Source of the DNA: the human T2T-CHM13v2.0 reference genome, Homo sapiens
Direction: 5' to 3' (one strand)
Length of the DNA stretch: 64,000 nt
Assembly: GCF_009914755.1 (NCBI RefSeq)
Contig: NC_060946.1
Shown: positions 17,705 to 32,440 of the stretch, piece after piece
How positions within the stretch are numbered: the first letter of the stretch is position 1
How the letters are laid out: each line of letters opens with the position of its first letter
Program-made: the position numbers and the translations under genes
Notes under the pieces: generated by a model
Told to the model about the DNA's origin: nothing
Databases searched by the model: none
What the model saw: only the letters and a program-made list of their open reading frames with translations

Positions 17705-17983
17705 AATACAATGACAAGTCGTCTATTTTTAACTCAGTTTTGGACTGTTGTTTGTTAAGGCCATTGCTTGTGATAAAGAAAACAAAGGGAGGAGGAGGAG
17801 AAACAAGAAAGGACACAAGAAATAGAAGCAGCAGCATAAGAAAATGAACAGGAACAAGAAAATGATGACAAGCAGAAGAAAAACCAGGCTGGAAAAAAAG
17901 AAAAAGAACAGGTAAGAGAATCAAGGAGACCTATTATACATTTTGTCCCCTTCCTGATTCATGAAATTTAAAAAAGTCCAAGA

Positions 17984-18350
17984 AAATGTGGCACATATGC
18001 ACCATGGAATACTACACAGCCATAAAAAATGATGAGTTCATGTCCTTTGTAAGGACATGGATGAAGCTGGAAACCATCATTCTCAGCAAACTATCACAAG
18101 GACAAAAAACCAAACATCGTTATGTTCTCACTCATAGGTGGGAATTGAACAATGAGAACACTTGCACACAGGAAGGGGGACATCACATACCAGGGCCTGT
18201 TGTGGGATGGGGGGAGCGGGGAGGGATAGCATTAGGAGATATACCTAATGCAAATGACGAGTTAATGGGTGCAGCACACCAACATGGCACATGGATACAT
18301 ATGTAACAAACATGCACGTTGTGCTCATGTACCCCAGAAATTAAAAAAAA
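17984..18350 (+). mobile_element. Short 3'-end L1PA insertion with TSD aaaaagtccaaga
   Basis: L1 ORF2 end and 3'UTR (atgtggcacatat...aacatgcacgttgtgc) with poly(A); TSD at 17971-17983 and 18351-18363. Confidence 0.94.
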
Positions 18351-19494
18351 AAAAAGTCCAAGACTACCCTGACAAAAAACCAAGCAAAATGATACACAAA
18401 TAGTCACCCCCCAAACTTCTGTTAATAACATAATGGTGCCACTCACACCTGACTCAGGTGCCAGCAGGAGGAGGGCGCCCTCCAGATTCTGCAGGAGATG
18501 CGGGGAAGACTCCTCCTTCCCCTGGCTGCACCTCCACTGCTGTCACAGAGGCCCACAGCTTCCTACCCACCCCAGGCCAGGCAGGGCTGCCCCCCAACGC
18601 TCCGACCTGCCTTCCCGGCCCCCAAACTTGCTGCTGCTGCTGCCACAACTAGCACCGATGCTAATACAACTACTACTGCTGTCACCCTCAACGCACAGGC
18701 CCACCCTACAAGGCTCCTAACACCTGACCACTGCACTGCCTGTGCCCTGGCGGCAGCCAGCCGCCATCCTACCGCTCTGGTGCTCTTCAGTTTTCATTGC
18801 CGCCCTCCTACCACTCCAGCGCTGAGTCTTTAGTCTCCATGGCCGCCACCAACCACAGCGAGGCGAGCGGTGGTGCCACAAGCTCCAGCCTCCAGCAGGC
18901 GGCTCCTCCTCCTGGCATGAAACAACTGGGCAGGCAAAGCCAAGAAAGCCTAGAACAGGATGCAGAGAGTGGTAGCGTTAGAGCCTCACCTTGGCATGCT
19001 GGCCACTGGATGGCAGAGGCCGGTTTCAGCGAAGGCACTCACGCCCACCCTCCAAAGTCCAGCCTCTCCTTTTGGCCCAAGTTGGCCAGGAACTAGGGCC
19101 TGGAGTGGGGACTGGAGACACCACAGTGCCCGGGCTTCCTACTCTACTAGAACCGCTGGGCCCACCCTGGCTGCGTTCCTCGGGAAGCAGGAGCAGCAAA
19201 AACTGAACCCCAGCCAGCCCTCCCAACCCTAGTGCTGGTTCCCGTTCCTGACGCCTCCACCCACGGGGCCCTATCACCCCGTAGTGTCAGCTACTGCGTG
19301 CCCGGGGGTCCCAGGCAGTTTCCGCAACACATAGAGGGCGCGGGCCTGGGAACCACGGCTGGTCTAGGTGACGGATTGTGCTCAGGATCCCCGCGGAAAC
19401 GCTGTGCATCCGCCGCGCTCCAGCAGGAGGAGATGGCCCTCTAGAGTCTGGAGTCCGGGGAGACGAGGACCGCTCCTCTGACCACCCGTCACTG

Positions 19495-20760
19495 ACACCA
19501 CCAGCACCAGGGGGGCAGCGCAGCCCCCAACAGCACCCCTAACCCGCCGCCGGCAGTGTAGCCCCCAGATAGCGCCTCCAACACCTCACCCCCAACCACC
19601 GGCAGTGTAGCATCCAATGGCGACCCCAACCTGCCCTTGCTTCGGACACTGCAGCACCCAATGGCGCCCAGAACCCGCCCCCTGCCGCGAGCAGTGCAGC
19701 CCGGGATAGCGCCCCCAATCCGCTCCCTGCCGTACACAGTGTAGCCACGAATAGTGCCCCCAACCAGACCCCTGCTGGGGGCAGTAATGCCCTGATATGG
19801 CACCCAAACCGCCCCCCAACTGCGGGAAGTGCAACCCCGGATAGTGCCCCAACCTGCTCCCCACTGGGAGCAGCAACCCAGGGAGACGCCCCAACTCACT
19901 CCCTGCCTCCGGCAGTACAGCCACAGATAGCGCACCCAACCCACCCCCTGCGCGGGCAAGGTAGCCCCCGATAGCGCACCCAACCCGCCCCGCCGGAACC
20001 AATGTGGCCCCAGGTAGCACACCCACCAGCTCCCTGGCACGCAGTACAGACCTCTGATAGCACCCAACCCGCCCCCTCCCAAAACGGGCAGTGGATACGT
20101 CCCTCAATAGCGCCCCCAACCAGCCTCCCACCCCCTCTACACGGGCAGTCTGGCCCCCAGTAGCACTCCCAATAAATCCTGCTATCTCTGTCTCAGTGTA
20201 GGCCCCAGAAAGCGCCCTCAACACCCCCCTCCCTGCTGCCAACAGTGTAGCACCCTGTAATGAGCCTAACCCGTCCCCCACCACAGCACTGCAGCCCCAG
20301 ATAGTGCTGCCAACCTGCTCCCTGCTGTGGGCAGTGCAGCTATGGATAATGCCCCCAGCCAGCTTCTAGACGCAGGCAATGATGCCCTGGATATAACACG
20401 TCCCGCCCACCGCAGGCAGAGTAGCACCCGATAGCGCCCCCAACCCGTGCCTGACAAGGGCAATGCAACACCCGATAGTTCTTCCAACTCGCCCGCCGGC
20501 CACGGCCACTGCATCCCCAGATAGTGCCCCCAGAACTCCCCACTGCCGCTAGCAGTACAGCTTGGGATAGTGCTCCAACCCACCCCCAGCCACAGGCAGC
20601 GCACACCCGATAGCACCCCCAACCCACTCCCCTCTGTGGGCAGTGAGGCCCCAGATACCACATCCAACCAGCCTCCTAACACGGGCAGTAACGCCCTGGA
20701 TAGGGCCTCCAACCCACCCCACCACGCCACGCCACAGGCAGTACGGCCTGGGATGGCGAA
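19495..20760. repeat. Degenerate C-rich minisatellite, ~43-46 bp unit, roughly 28 copies
   Basis: Recurring unit close to GGCAGTGCAGCCCCGGATAGCGCCCCCAACCCGCCCCCTGCCGC; strong C skew on the + strand; CpG-rich. Confidence 0.92.
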
Positions 20761-20794
20761 CTTTTCCCACCACCATTTTACCATTCTGGCTGCG

Positions 20795-21300
20795 CTCTAG
20801 TCTCCCTGGCCCGCACCAACGGCAGCAGCGAGGTGAGCCACGGCAGGCTCCAGCCTCCACTGTGCTAATGAAGTTGCTCCTCCTCCTTTTCCTCTAAGCT
20901 TCCAGACTCCAGTGTGCTCAGGAAGTGACTCGTTTTCTTTTTCCTCTAAGCCAGTACTAACCAGCTACACAAGCTGACGCAGGAGAGCTTGGAATGACAA
21001 AACTCCCCCCACTTGGCATCGTTTATATATGAGAATTTATGCAAATGAAGTTCCTGGGCTACATGTTCTGATTGGATGAGGAAAACCTCTAGGCCTACTC
21101 TGATTGGACTTTGTTATCATGTTCTGATTGGTTGTCCTAAGACTTGCTCTCATCCAATCAGAACATGCAAATAAAGCCCAATCAGAGTAGATCTAGAGGT
21201 TTTTCTTCTCATCCAATCAGAATATGTAGTCCAAGAACCTCATTTGCATAACCTCGGTAAGGGGAAGTCTCAGTTCCAGGCTCTTCTAGGCTATGTTCTC
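20795..21300. repeat. REP522-like element including its central palindrome
   Basis: gcgaggtgagcc...gctccagcctcca segment followed by an inverted repeat ttatgcaaat...ctgattgg / ccaatcag...atttgcataa; this matches my recollection of the palindromic REP522 repeat. Confidence 0.65.
21031..21255. promoter_or_regulatory. Symmetric CCAAT-box/octamer cluster; candidate distal (possibly bidirectional) promoter of RFPL3
   Basis: ATTGG at 21071, 21103, 21127; CCAAT at 21154, 21178, 21213; octamers ATGCAAAT at 21039 and 21165, ATTTGCAT at 21242. The motifs are seen directly; the promoter role is inferred. Confidence 0.55.
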
Positions 21301-21578
21301 TGTCTCCACACCTTCCTCTCAGACAGCAGCTGGAGCCCCAGAACCTGGGAGCCTCACAGAGAAAGTCCTGATGTGGGACCTGGTTTTCCACCCGAGACCC
21401 AGGATCCAATAAAGAAGTGTTTCCATAAATGATGCATCCTCCAAAGAAGGCCAGTGACTTTCTGTGCCAAGTACCTGACAGAATTGCCATTTCCTAGAGC
21501 TGCCAGGCAGCCCTAGGTGCACAGGTCACCTGTGCATGTGTCAGAGACCAAATCCCATCAATATTGAGGCCTTGGTTA

Positions 21579-21761
<183 letters not shown>

Positions 21762-22492
21762 TCAACACTGAGAAAACCAACTCTCCTTGAGCAAATGCTT
21801 TGCATATTCTCATAGAAATAAGGGAACACCTATTACCCTCCTTGCACTGCTTCCTGCACAGCTCGGATACTACCTTTCACAAGCATCCTGAGCCACCTGC
21901 TGGCCTTTTGTGTGTGTTTCCTTCCTGGCTTCCTCCCATTTTTTTTTCCATCTCTGAACCTGCTGTAAGGTGAAGAATTGAGGCGGGCCCCAGATGTAAG
22001 ACCTCATGAATTTGACGATGCAACAGTGTCCTGGACAGCCTGGCTCTCAGGGCTGGGGAGCTGGGCAGAGAGAAAAGAGGGCATTCCAGGGGCCAGGGAG
22101 CTCCAGGCCCAGAGTAGGATTTCAAGGCTAAAGAAACAGAGGCTGTGGGTGGGTAGAGGGTCTTGACTAGGGTAGGGACAGAGGGTGCGTCTTAAGGCTC
22201 AGCTAGGGACAGCTTCATCCAGGAAGTAGTCAGCAATTGGGGGCCAAGCTGCAAGGAGGAAGAGGTGGGGAGAGAGAATGGAGAGAGAGGTGTTCAGTGA
22301 TCAAATGCCTGGCCTGGCCTGTTTCCTCAGGAGACACCCCTGGGAGTCTGGGAGCCTCTCCCCCGGGCTGCTATCCAACAGGGTGCAAGTAATCCCCCCT
22401 TACACACACTAAGAACCCAGGGTGAGTGTCAAATTATATGTTAGCTAAGAAATGAAGAGAGGGAGCAGGATTTCTGGTTGACGGTGAGGATA

Positions 22493-22923
22493 TTTATTAA
22501 GGGTTTACTGGTACAAGGAGAGGGGCTGGATGATTTGGGGTGGGAGGGGATCTCTGTTCTGGGATCCTGCAGCTCCAGGCCCCCATGGGTGGGGTGAGGG
22601 TCAGGGACCTAAGAACATTCTTCAGGGGCCACTGTCTTCTCCACAGTGCTCTCTTGTGTGTGACCTTACAGCTGTAGCTGCTGCAGGACCTCCACTGGTC
22701 GGGTGTCAGGCTCAGGTCGCTTCTGGCTGTGTGCTTGTTGCTCTGTTTGGAGGTCTTGGTGACTTCCGTACCCTGGGTGACAGGGGTGCTGTTTGCCTTC
22801 CAGGCCACCGTCACAGCTCCCGGGTAGAAGCCACTCATGAGACACAGCAGTGTGGCCTTTTGGCTTGGAGCTCCTCAGAGGAGGACGGGAACAGAGTGAC
22901 CAAGGGGGTGGCCTTGGGCTGGC
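22493..22923 (-). pseudogene. IGLCOR22-2: Immunoglobulin lambda constant-region orphon pseudogene (unprocessed C exon plus 3'UTR)
   Basis: Minus strand: acceptor cccacag, then [21 protein letters not shown] / frameshift / [22 protein letters not shown]...SYSCKVTH / frameshift / [13 protein letters not shown] with TAG at 22609-22611; AATAAA at 22493-22498. The symbol is assigned from recalled position next to RFPL3. Confidence 0.9.
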
Positions 22924-23182
22924 CTGTGGGTGGGCGAGCGGCAGGAGGTCAGAATCCTGTTGTGTACCTGGGAGCCCCCTGACCTCAGTGTATGAAGAGG
23001 GGTCAGGCCCCCTCAGTGCCAGTGTAGGACCCCTCAGACATGGTCCACAGTGTCTCAGAAGGGTGTGACATGAGGTTCCTAAAACAACTCTCTGTCATTC
23101 AGGGAACCTCCGAGCCTGTCCCCTGCCCACCAGTGGTGGCAGTTAATTTGGTATTCATTTCCAAGGCTGGAGAAGGATGTAA

Positions 23183-23707
<525 letters not shown>

Positions 23708-23975
23708 TAATTCTTATGTTCATCAATCAGTCTCTTGCTGGGGTTCCCCTAGGAGGTGGTGAAATGACCCCAGCTCGCTGTTCCTCACATGGGTGCTGCC
23801 ACGTCACTGGCTCAGGCTCAGCTGCTGGGTCACCAGGAGAATGGACCCTTCCTCCACCTCAGCTCAGAGCACAGTGATGATTCGTGACTTTCCCAATAGA
23901 ACTTCAAATCTCTGAGGACGGGGGGTGGGGGGATGTGCTTGAGTGTTTGTACTCATGGTCTTGTTCTCGGAGTGA

Positions 23976-24539
<564 letters not shown>

Positions 24540-26049
24540 TGATGTCAAAAACAAAAACAAACAAAAACCCGATGTCTATGTCATGGGTTAGACAAGGGAT
24601 TCTCTAAACTTAGTGTGCTCAGATTACCTGGGGATCTTGTTAAAATGCAGATGCTGAACTGGGAAGTCTCAGGATTGATCCCGCTGGCTTGGGGACTTTG
24701 CTGAGTAGCAAAAACATAGAGCAACTGAATTTGAATTTCTCTCTAGCAAAGGTTCCCATGAATCTGACATTAAGATGGGCCTGGTATTTCTAATGCACAG
24801 TGAATATTGGCACCCATTGTACCAAACAACCTCACCCCAGGGTTGAGAAGAGTTGGGAATGGAGCACCTATGGTGTTTGTTTCTGTGAGTGGGGAGAGTT
24901 GCAGATATTGGTCTCCTCATCCATGCGCCATGGGCTCCAACAGTGGTCCTGGCTACAGAAAATACTATCACTCTCCATAACTCTGGGGAAAAGGGACATT
25001 TAAATGAAAAGGTTATGGTCAGCCTGGGCAAAGAATTACAACTATAAATGGTGGTGGGCCCCTATAATGTCCCTGACACTGGTAGCTTCTGCCCTGACAC
25101 CCATGATCTCTACTCATCCATCTACCCATACCTGACTGTCTCTCTGCTGAACTATGGAGGACAGAGATTCACCCTGTCCAAGTCATGTTTGGAACCCTCT
25201 TCCTCCTTCCTTGTCCATGTCCATTCCCTAATTCACCATTAAATAGCAATCAATCCCTAGTCTTGACTAGGGTAGTCTTACTGTGATCTATAAAATCTAT
25301 ATTAGTGATCATATCAGTTTTTTGACTTGAAGGATAATATATTTTGTAGATTTTTTTTTTTCAGAATGTTCTGGACAATTAATTTTCTCTAGGCCAGATC
25401 ACACTGCCTCCTCCATGAGAATTGGCGGCTTCACCTGTCAGTCACATACCCAATGCCTTAAATTATTGACCTTTGTATTTTCTGCCCTTATTCTCTACAA
25501 TCAGTCAGTTATGACAGACAACTTTCAAATACCTTTCTCTTGGCTCCAAAATTTACCATTGTTTTGCTTAAGGTCTCACCTTCCATGTAGGATAGAAAAC
25601 ATTCTTTCATCTAAAAGGTCCCCCTCCTCCACCTGGCCTTAGAGCCTCCTAATGTCCAGGACCAGCATCTCTGTCATCACATTGTCAGCTGCAGAGATAC
25701 CCTATCTGCTGTCAGAACTGTGCACAATTAATTTGTTTACAAACATGGAAAACAAAAGCCTGGAATCATGCTCTATATACTGAATTGGAGCAATAAAATG
25801 TGGAAGCAGAAACATATTTAATATTGACCACTTGCATTGTCTTAATTATCATTTATTTGTTCACACATCAAGGTGGTAGAAAGGGGGGCATGGTGTCTGC
25901 CTTCAGAGACCCTCCACTCTAAATGAAGAAAAGTTCAGTGAAGCAAACACGTGACGTAAAGTAAAATAAGAATTGCTACTGTGAATAAGAGTCACGTATT
26001 GCCACAAAGCATACCTATGAAAATTTGAAATAGGGAAGTTTCCTTATGA

Positions 26050-26763
<714 letters not shown>

Positions 26764-27073
26764 GCCGCCACTGCAAAAAAAAACAGGGTCAGAAAATTAC
26801 TTGGGTGGGTAGACTTAGGAATTTTCTACTTGGTAAAAGCATTATACAGTCATAGGAGAAAGATATGGGACATTTCTATAATCTATATTCTAATTTGATT
26901 CGATTATTGAGTCATAAGTATTAATTATTGCCACCATCCAACTCATTGAGTCTTATGGTTCACATCTTGTTTCCTATAGAAATGTTCTGTATTCTCGGAT
27001 CAATTTCCAAATGCTTTACTTTTTCATTTCTGTAAGTTCAAATCAATGTTTAAATTATAGAAGTTATGAGGTA

Positions 27074-27079
27074 AATAAA
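27074..27079 (+). terminator. RFPL3: Probable RFPL3 polyadenylation signal
   Basis: First AATAAA downstream of the stop codon, ~310 nt away. Confidence 0.7.
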
Positions 27080-27158
27080 CATTTGGATATCACCTAATGC
27101 ATCATGTGATTTTCTAAATGATAGGAGTGCAATAGATTTTATTCATAGTAAAAACATG

Positions 27159-27197
27159 AGTGTGTGTGTATGTGTGTGCGTGTGTGGGTGTGTGTGT
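27159..27197. repeat. Imperfect (TG)n microsatellite
   Basis: gtgtgtgtgtatgtgtgtgcgtgtgtgggtgtgtgtg. Confidence 0.85.
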
Positions 27198-27439
27198 ATT
27201 TGAACGGAGAGCTGGATAAATGCCTATGTCCTATCCAGAACTGAAAAGTTATCGCCATCATTGCTCAGTGTGGGTAACATTTTCCTGGATGTGTGTTCCT
27301 GCATTAATGAAAATTCCCCCCAATTAGTTATTGCAATTATTAATTGTAATTGCAATAAAATTAATAAATTCATTTTATTAATTTATTAAATTAATAAATT
27401 AATTAATAATTAAATCTTTATGCAGAGATTAATAAATAT

Positions 27440-28620
27440 GCAGGCTAACAAAGCAAAAAAAGATAACACACATTACTAATATCAGAAATAAAAGAGGGGC
27501 CATATCTACCAAACTGTTGGTCATTAAAAGGATAATCAAGGACTATTATGAATGACTCTATTCCCACAGTTTGATAACTAGGTGAAATGTATCAATTCCT
27601 TGAGAGACATAATCTTCTCAAGGTCACACTAGGAACACAGACAATCTGAACAAGCCTCTGCCTATTAAGTGAATTAACATTAAGAACATTCCAAAAAAGA
27701 CAACACCAGAACCAAATGATTTCTCTTACGAAATCCACCAAATTCTTACAAATCCCAACATATTTTCACAATATAATCCGAAAATTGCGCTCTTAGGTAC
27801 GTACTCAGTTGAGATGAAAAGTTACGTCCACACAAAGCCTGCACAGGAATGTTTACAGCAGCTTTATCTATAACCACCCAAACTAGAAGCGAGCAAGATG
27901 TTTAAGAGGTGAATGAAAAAACAACCATCTATAAAACACAATATTATTCTGTGATTTAAAGGAGTTCTCCATCAAAGCATAGAAAAGACAATGGCATGTA
28001 TCAGAAAGACTGTGGGGGCATGCATTCATGTGGATGAGACCACACAGGCAGCAGAGCAGGGTGACTTTAAGTATATTGATGAGTGAAGTAAGTTCAGCTG
28101 AAAAAGCTACATAATATTGGGCTGGTGCAAAAGTAATTGTGGTTTTTGCCAGTTGAAGAATGGAAAAACCGCAATTACTTTGCACCAATCTAATATATGA
28201 CTCCAACTGTATGACATTCTGGAAAAGGCAAAACAAAGGGGATGGTAAAAATACCAATAGTTGGCAAGGTTTCTGGAGAAAGAGGACAGAGATTCATAAG
28301 TAAAGAAGAGGGAATTTTTGGAGCGGTGAGAGTATTCCTTACGAGATCGAAATGGTAAACATAACAGTAAATATTTCAAAATTCATAGAAATGTGTAACA
28401 GGAAAAAGAACACTATGAGAATGACAGACTTTAGGTACTAATGTATCAATATTTGCCCATTACTTTTAGCAAATATAACACAGTAATGTAAGATATGAAT
28501 ATTAGGTGGAATTATAAGGTAGGGTGAGAGAACAGAATGATGTGGGAACTTTGTGTATTACATGCTAGATTTTTATGTCAATCTAAAACTCCCTTGGTTA
28601 AACATTCAGTTTTAAAATTA
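27440..28620 (+). mobile_element. Old L1M (L1MC-like) fragments
   Basis: Decayed L1 ORF2 and 3' motifs (atcagaaataaaagagggg, aaaaggataatcaagg, ctggaaaaggcaaaac). Confidence 0.7.
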
Positions 28621-30486
28621 TAGCTCCACTGTTTCAGGGAGATCACAATAATGTTCAACAATTGAGTAACGTCTAGAGATTAGTTTGAAAGATTGTCTTA
28701 CTATTAAATGTGAATCAAAATTGACTTTTAAATGTATATTTAATTTTGTGATTTCAGCAATACCTCTTGATTAGGCAAATAAAAATCTTGGCACATTTAA
28801 ACATATGGCTTAACCTCCTCTATAGCTTCTTCTAACATATGGGACACTGAATACAATCCACAATTGTTATTCTTAAATCAACTTAATAAATTTCCACGGT
28901 ACCTTCATGTGAGTGCACCCGGTGGTTTGCCCAGAGTCCAGGTTGTGTCATGTGCCTCTTGGTGTAGACGCTATATCTTCTTAAAATTTCTATCAGAGAA
29001 GAGCCTGGTTAATCTTTTTGCAATGCAGAGAACTAATGACATGTTACTGACAGAAGACCAGAGGGAGAATTGTGATAATTGGTTCTAACTTCTGATCCCA
29101 TTGTTTACTGGCTTCCAAGCAGAGCCATCTGAATCAAAGTTAGGTCTCAGGAAGATCGTGGAGTTCAGTGAGCACTTTATACATGGATTAGAAAGACTGC
29201 GTGGGCGATGGCTTCACATAGGTGAGACGATACAGAAAGGCAGAGGGCTGGTGTAGTGAGGGACCTGGACCCCAATCCCACTAGAGCCACGTAGACCTGG
29301 GAAGGTCATGTAATCCCTCGGCCCTCAGATCTCTGCGCTGTCATGTTAAACTTTTCATAGGGCCTACTTATTAATCTCACAGTATGGGGCTAGAAAAATC
29401 ACTAAATGCAGGAGAATATTAAGAAAGAGAATCAGAACTTCAGTAGTGATGTGTAAGGGTTTACTAAATGCCAGAAGGAATAAGCCGGAGACTTAGTAGT
29501 GGCTGAACACAGAGAGGCTGCTTGGGTGGCTCCAGGCCAGTGGAGGGTGGTTCCCTGTTCATCTTTTACGTGGGTGTGATGCCTTACAACTTCTGGAGGA
29601 CATCTCCTATTATCTCCGGGACTCCCCACATCAGCCCGGCAGGGTGGGCACAGGAGGGGCTGAGTATCACTTAGAGATGGTGAGAGATTTGCAGAATCCC
29701 ATTCTAATGAGTGAAGGATCTGGGGGTTGGAATAAATTTGGTACCCTAGAGACAGAGATTCCTGAACAACTGAGACCTCTATATCGTGCCCTGGACCACT
29801 GATCAAAGGGACCCTTTCACTCTCTTTCTCCAATACTTTTATTCCCAAGGTGTGTGGAAAGACAGAGTTCGTGCTCGGGAAGAGTCGCCTGAGATGAAGA
29901 CAGGTCCCTAATTATAAAGCATTCTTTTCCTCTGCCTTTCAAATCTTCCACCCCAAGTATGACACAGTTTCCTTTAAAGGATGTCACCTGTGGGACCTTG
30001 GGAAGCACAAATGCGTGGCCTTCCTCCCCCACTCCCTTCACCCTGTCAGCTGCCTCTCAGTAACTGTTTCCTCCAGTGATCACAGTGAGCGACCAGTGTC
30101 TGCCTGTCTCCAAGACTGCTCAGGCCTTAGAACAATGCAAAACATCTATCACAAGATGCTTCTGCAAGTAACAACTTCTCTCCCACTTATCAAACCTGAA
30201 TAAGTAGCTAATGCGAATTAACTGAAAAAGAGGCCATCTGGGCTGGTGCTTTGGTGGTTTAATGAATTTAGTCTGCCACCCCCACTTTCTCCTTGACTGC
30301 TGATCTGAGCCACCTGGAAAAAGGTGTGGCTAAGAATGGGCAGCAGGTGCACCAGCAGGGAGTGTACACCTTATCAGCTCATTCTTTCCCCATCAAAGAT
30401 CACTTTCTATTTTACAAACTCCACATCCATTTCTTGACCTTGCCGTGGCAGGGGACAGTCCTATCTCCTGTCAGAAAGACCCCTCC

Positions 30487-30853
<367 letters not shown>

Positions 30854-31819
30854 TCACTCTGATCCCCCTTTCCCTCTGACTCCAGATGTCCCTTCCATTA
30901 ACCCAATGGCTCTGCCTCTTCTCCCAATCCTTCACCAGTGAAAATGCCACTGATTCTCTCTCGTGAGCCCTCTGAAAGTCTTCTCATAAAATACCACTCT
31001 TCATCCTATTTTTTTAAGTCCACCTCTAGATCACTAACATTTGTTTTCAGATTTTGGGTTCCACATTCAGAGGAATGTTTCTGTCCTTCCACTTTCCAGT
31101 CAAGTCTATTATTGCAGGAGTGGAATCAAGATTCTCCTAAAATGATAAAGCACTATGGCTGTGTTTGCTGTGTATTCTCTGGAAGTGTGTGCCCAGGATT
31201 GCCAGTCTTTATTATTTGGTAGAAATAAAAGTAAGTCACATGGTCCTGATATTTACATTTTGAGTTTTAAAAATTTTTATATTGTTTTCATCAAAACTCA
31301 CTTTAGATATTAATATGTTCATCTTGGTATTTTCTTCTAAATGCTATAAACCTGTGTTTCCCATTATTTGTTTCTCTTAGTGAGCTATATCCTTCTGTGA
31401 ACCCCTGCTTGCTCTCAGAGGGATCCTAAATACAGAAATGGAGATTTGCATTACTGTTTGGAAAGATCTCATTTTCCGTTCTCAGAGCCTCCTATGTGCC
31501 TTAGAGACCACCGTGTCCCTGCTTTAACCCTATGTAATAGAAACAAATAAGATCTTTATTCTCAGAAAATTCAACAGTCTTCAGAGGAACCCACATTCTT
31601 ACACAACTCTGTCATCCAGGTCTCAGGCAAAGCCCTCATAACTTGGCAAAATTTAAGGTATCACAACTTTACAAGCTTCTATTTGTTATTATAAAGATGT
31701 GCCCACTTTTAGTAGAGATTTTAGCAACAGTTGCCTAGTTAATAAAACATAGAAAGTTCTAGAAGAAAGCACATAAAGAACATACTATGTAAAATTTGAC
31801 CTAAAAATGACCAATCTCA

Positions 31820-32440
31820 CAGGGACACACAGAGCTGAACAACACACACGGGGCTATCGGATGGGGGACGGTGGGAGGAGGGAGGATCAGGAAAAATAAC
31901 TAATGGGCGCTAGGCTTAAAACCCAGGTGACAAGATAATCTGCACAAGAAATCCCCATGACACAAGTTGACCTATGTAACAAACCTGCACATGCACCCCT
32001 GAACTTAACAGTTAAAAAAACTGGTGGGACAAAATGAGATACCATTTCACACCAGTCAGAACGGCTATTACTAAAAAGTCAAAAAACAGCAGATACTGGC
32101 AAAGTTGCAGAGAAAAGGGAGCACTTATATACTCTTAGAGACTGTGTAAATTAGTTCAACCATTGTGGAAAGTAGTGTGGTGATTCCTCAAAGAGCTAAA
32201 AACAGAAATGTCATTCAACCCAGCCATCCCATTACTGGTTATATGCCCAAAGAAATATAAATCATTGTACCCTAAAGACATCCACACATATGTTCACAGC
32301 AGCACTATTCATAATAGCAAAGACCCAAATGCCCATCAATGACATACTGGATAAAGAAAATGTGGTACATATACACCATGGAATACTATGCAGCCATAAA
32401 AGAGAATGAGATGATGTCCTTTGCAGGAACATGGATGGAG

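Noticed and set aside
19495-20760. Minisatellite as a CRISPR-like repeat-spacer array or CTCF array
   Set aside because: Units diverge along their whole length with no unique spacers or cas genes, and the DNA is human. The AGATAGCGC core only partly matches CTCF and the upstream-motif spacing is wrong.
19489-20897. Long Gly/Ala/Leu-rich ORFs (197, 232, 172 aa) over the minisatellite
   Set aside because: By-products of a GC-rich tandem repeat; several frames are open and there is no domain signal.
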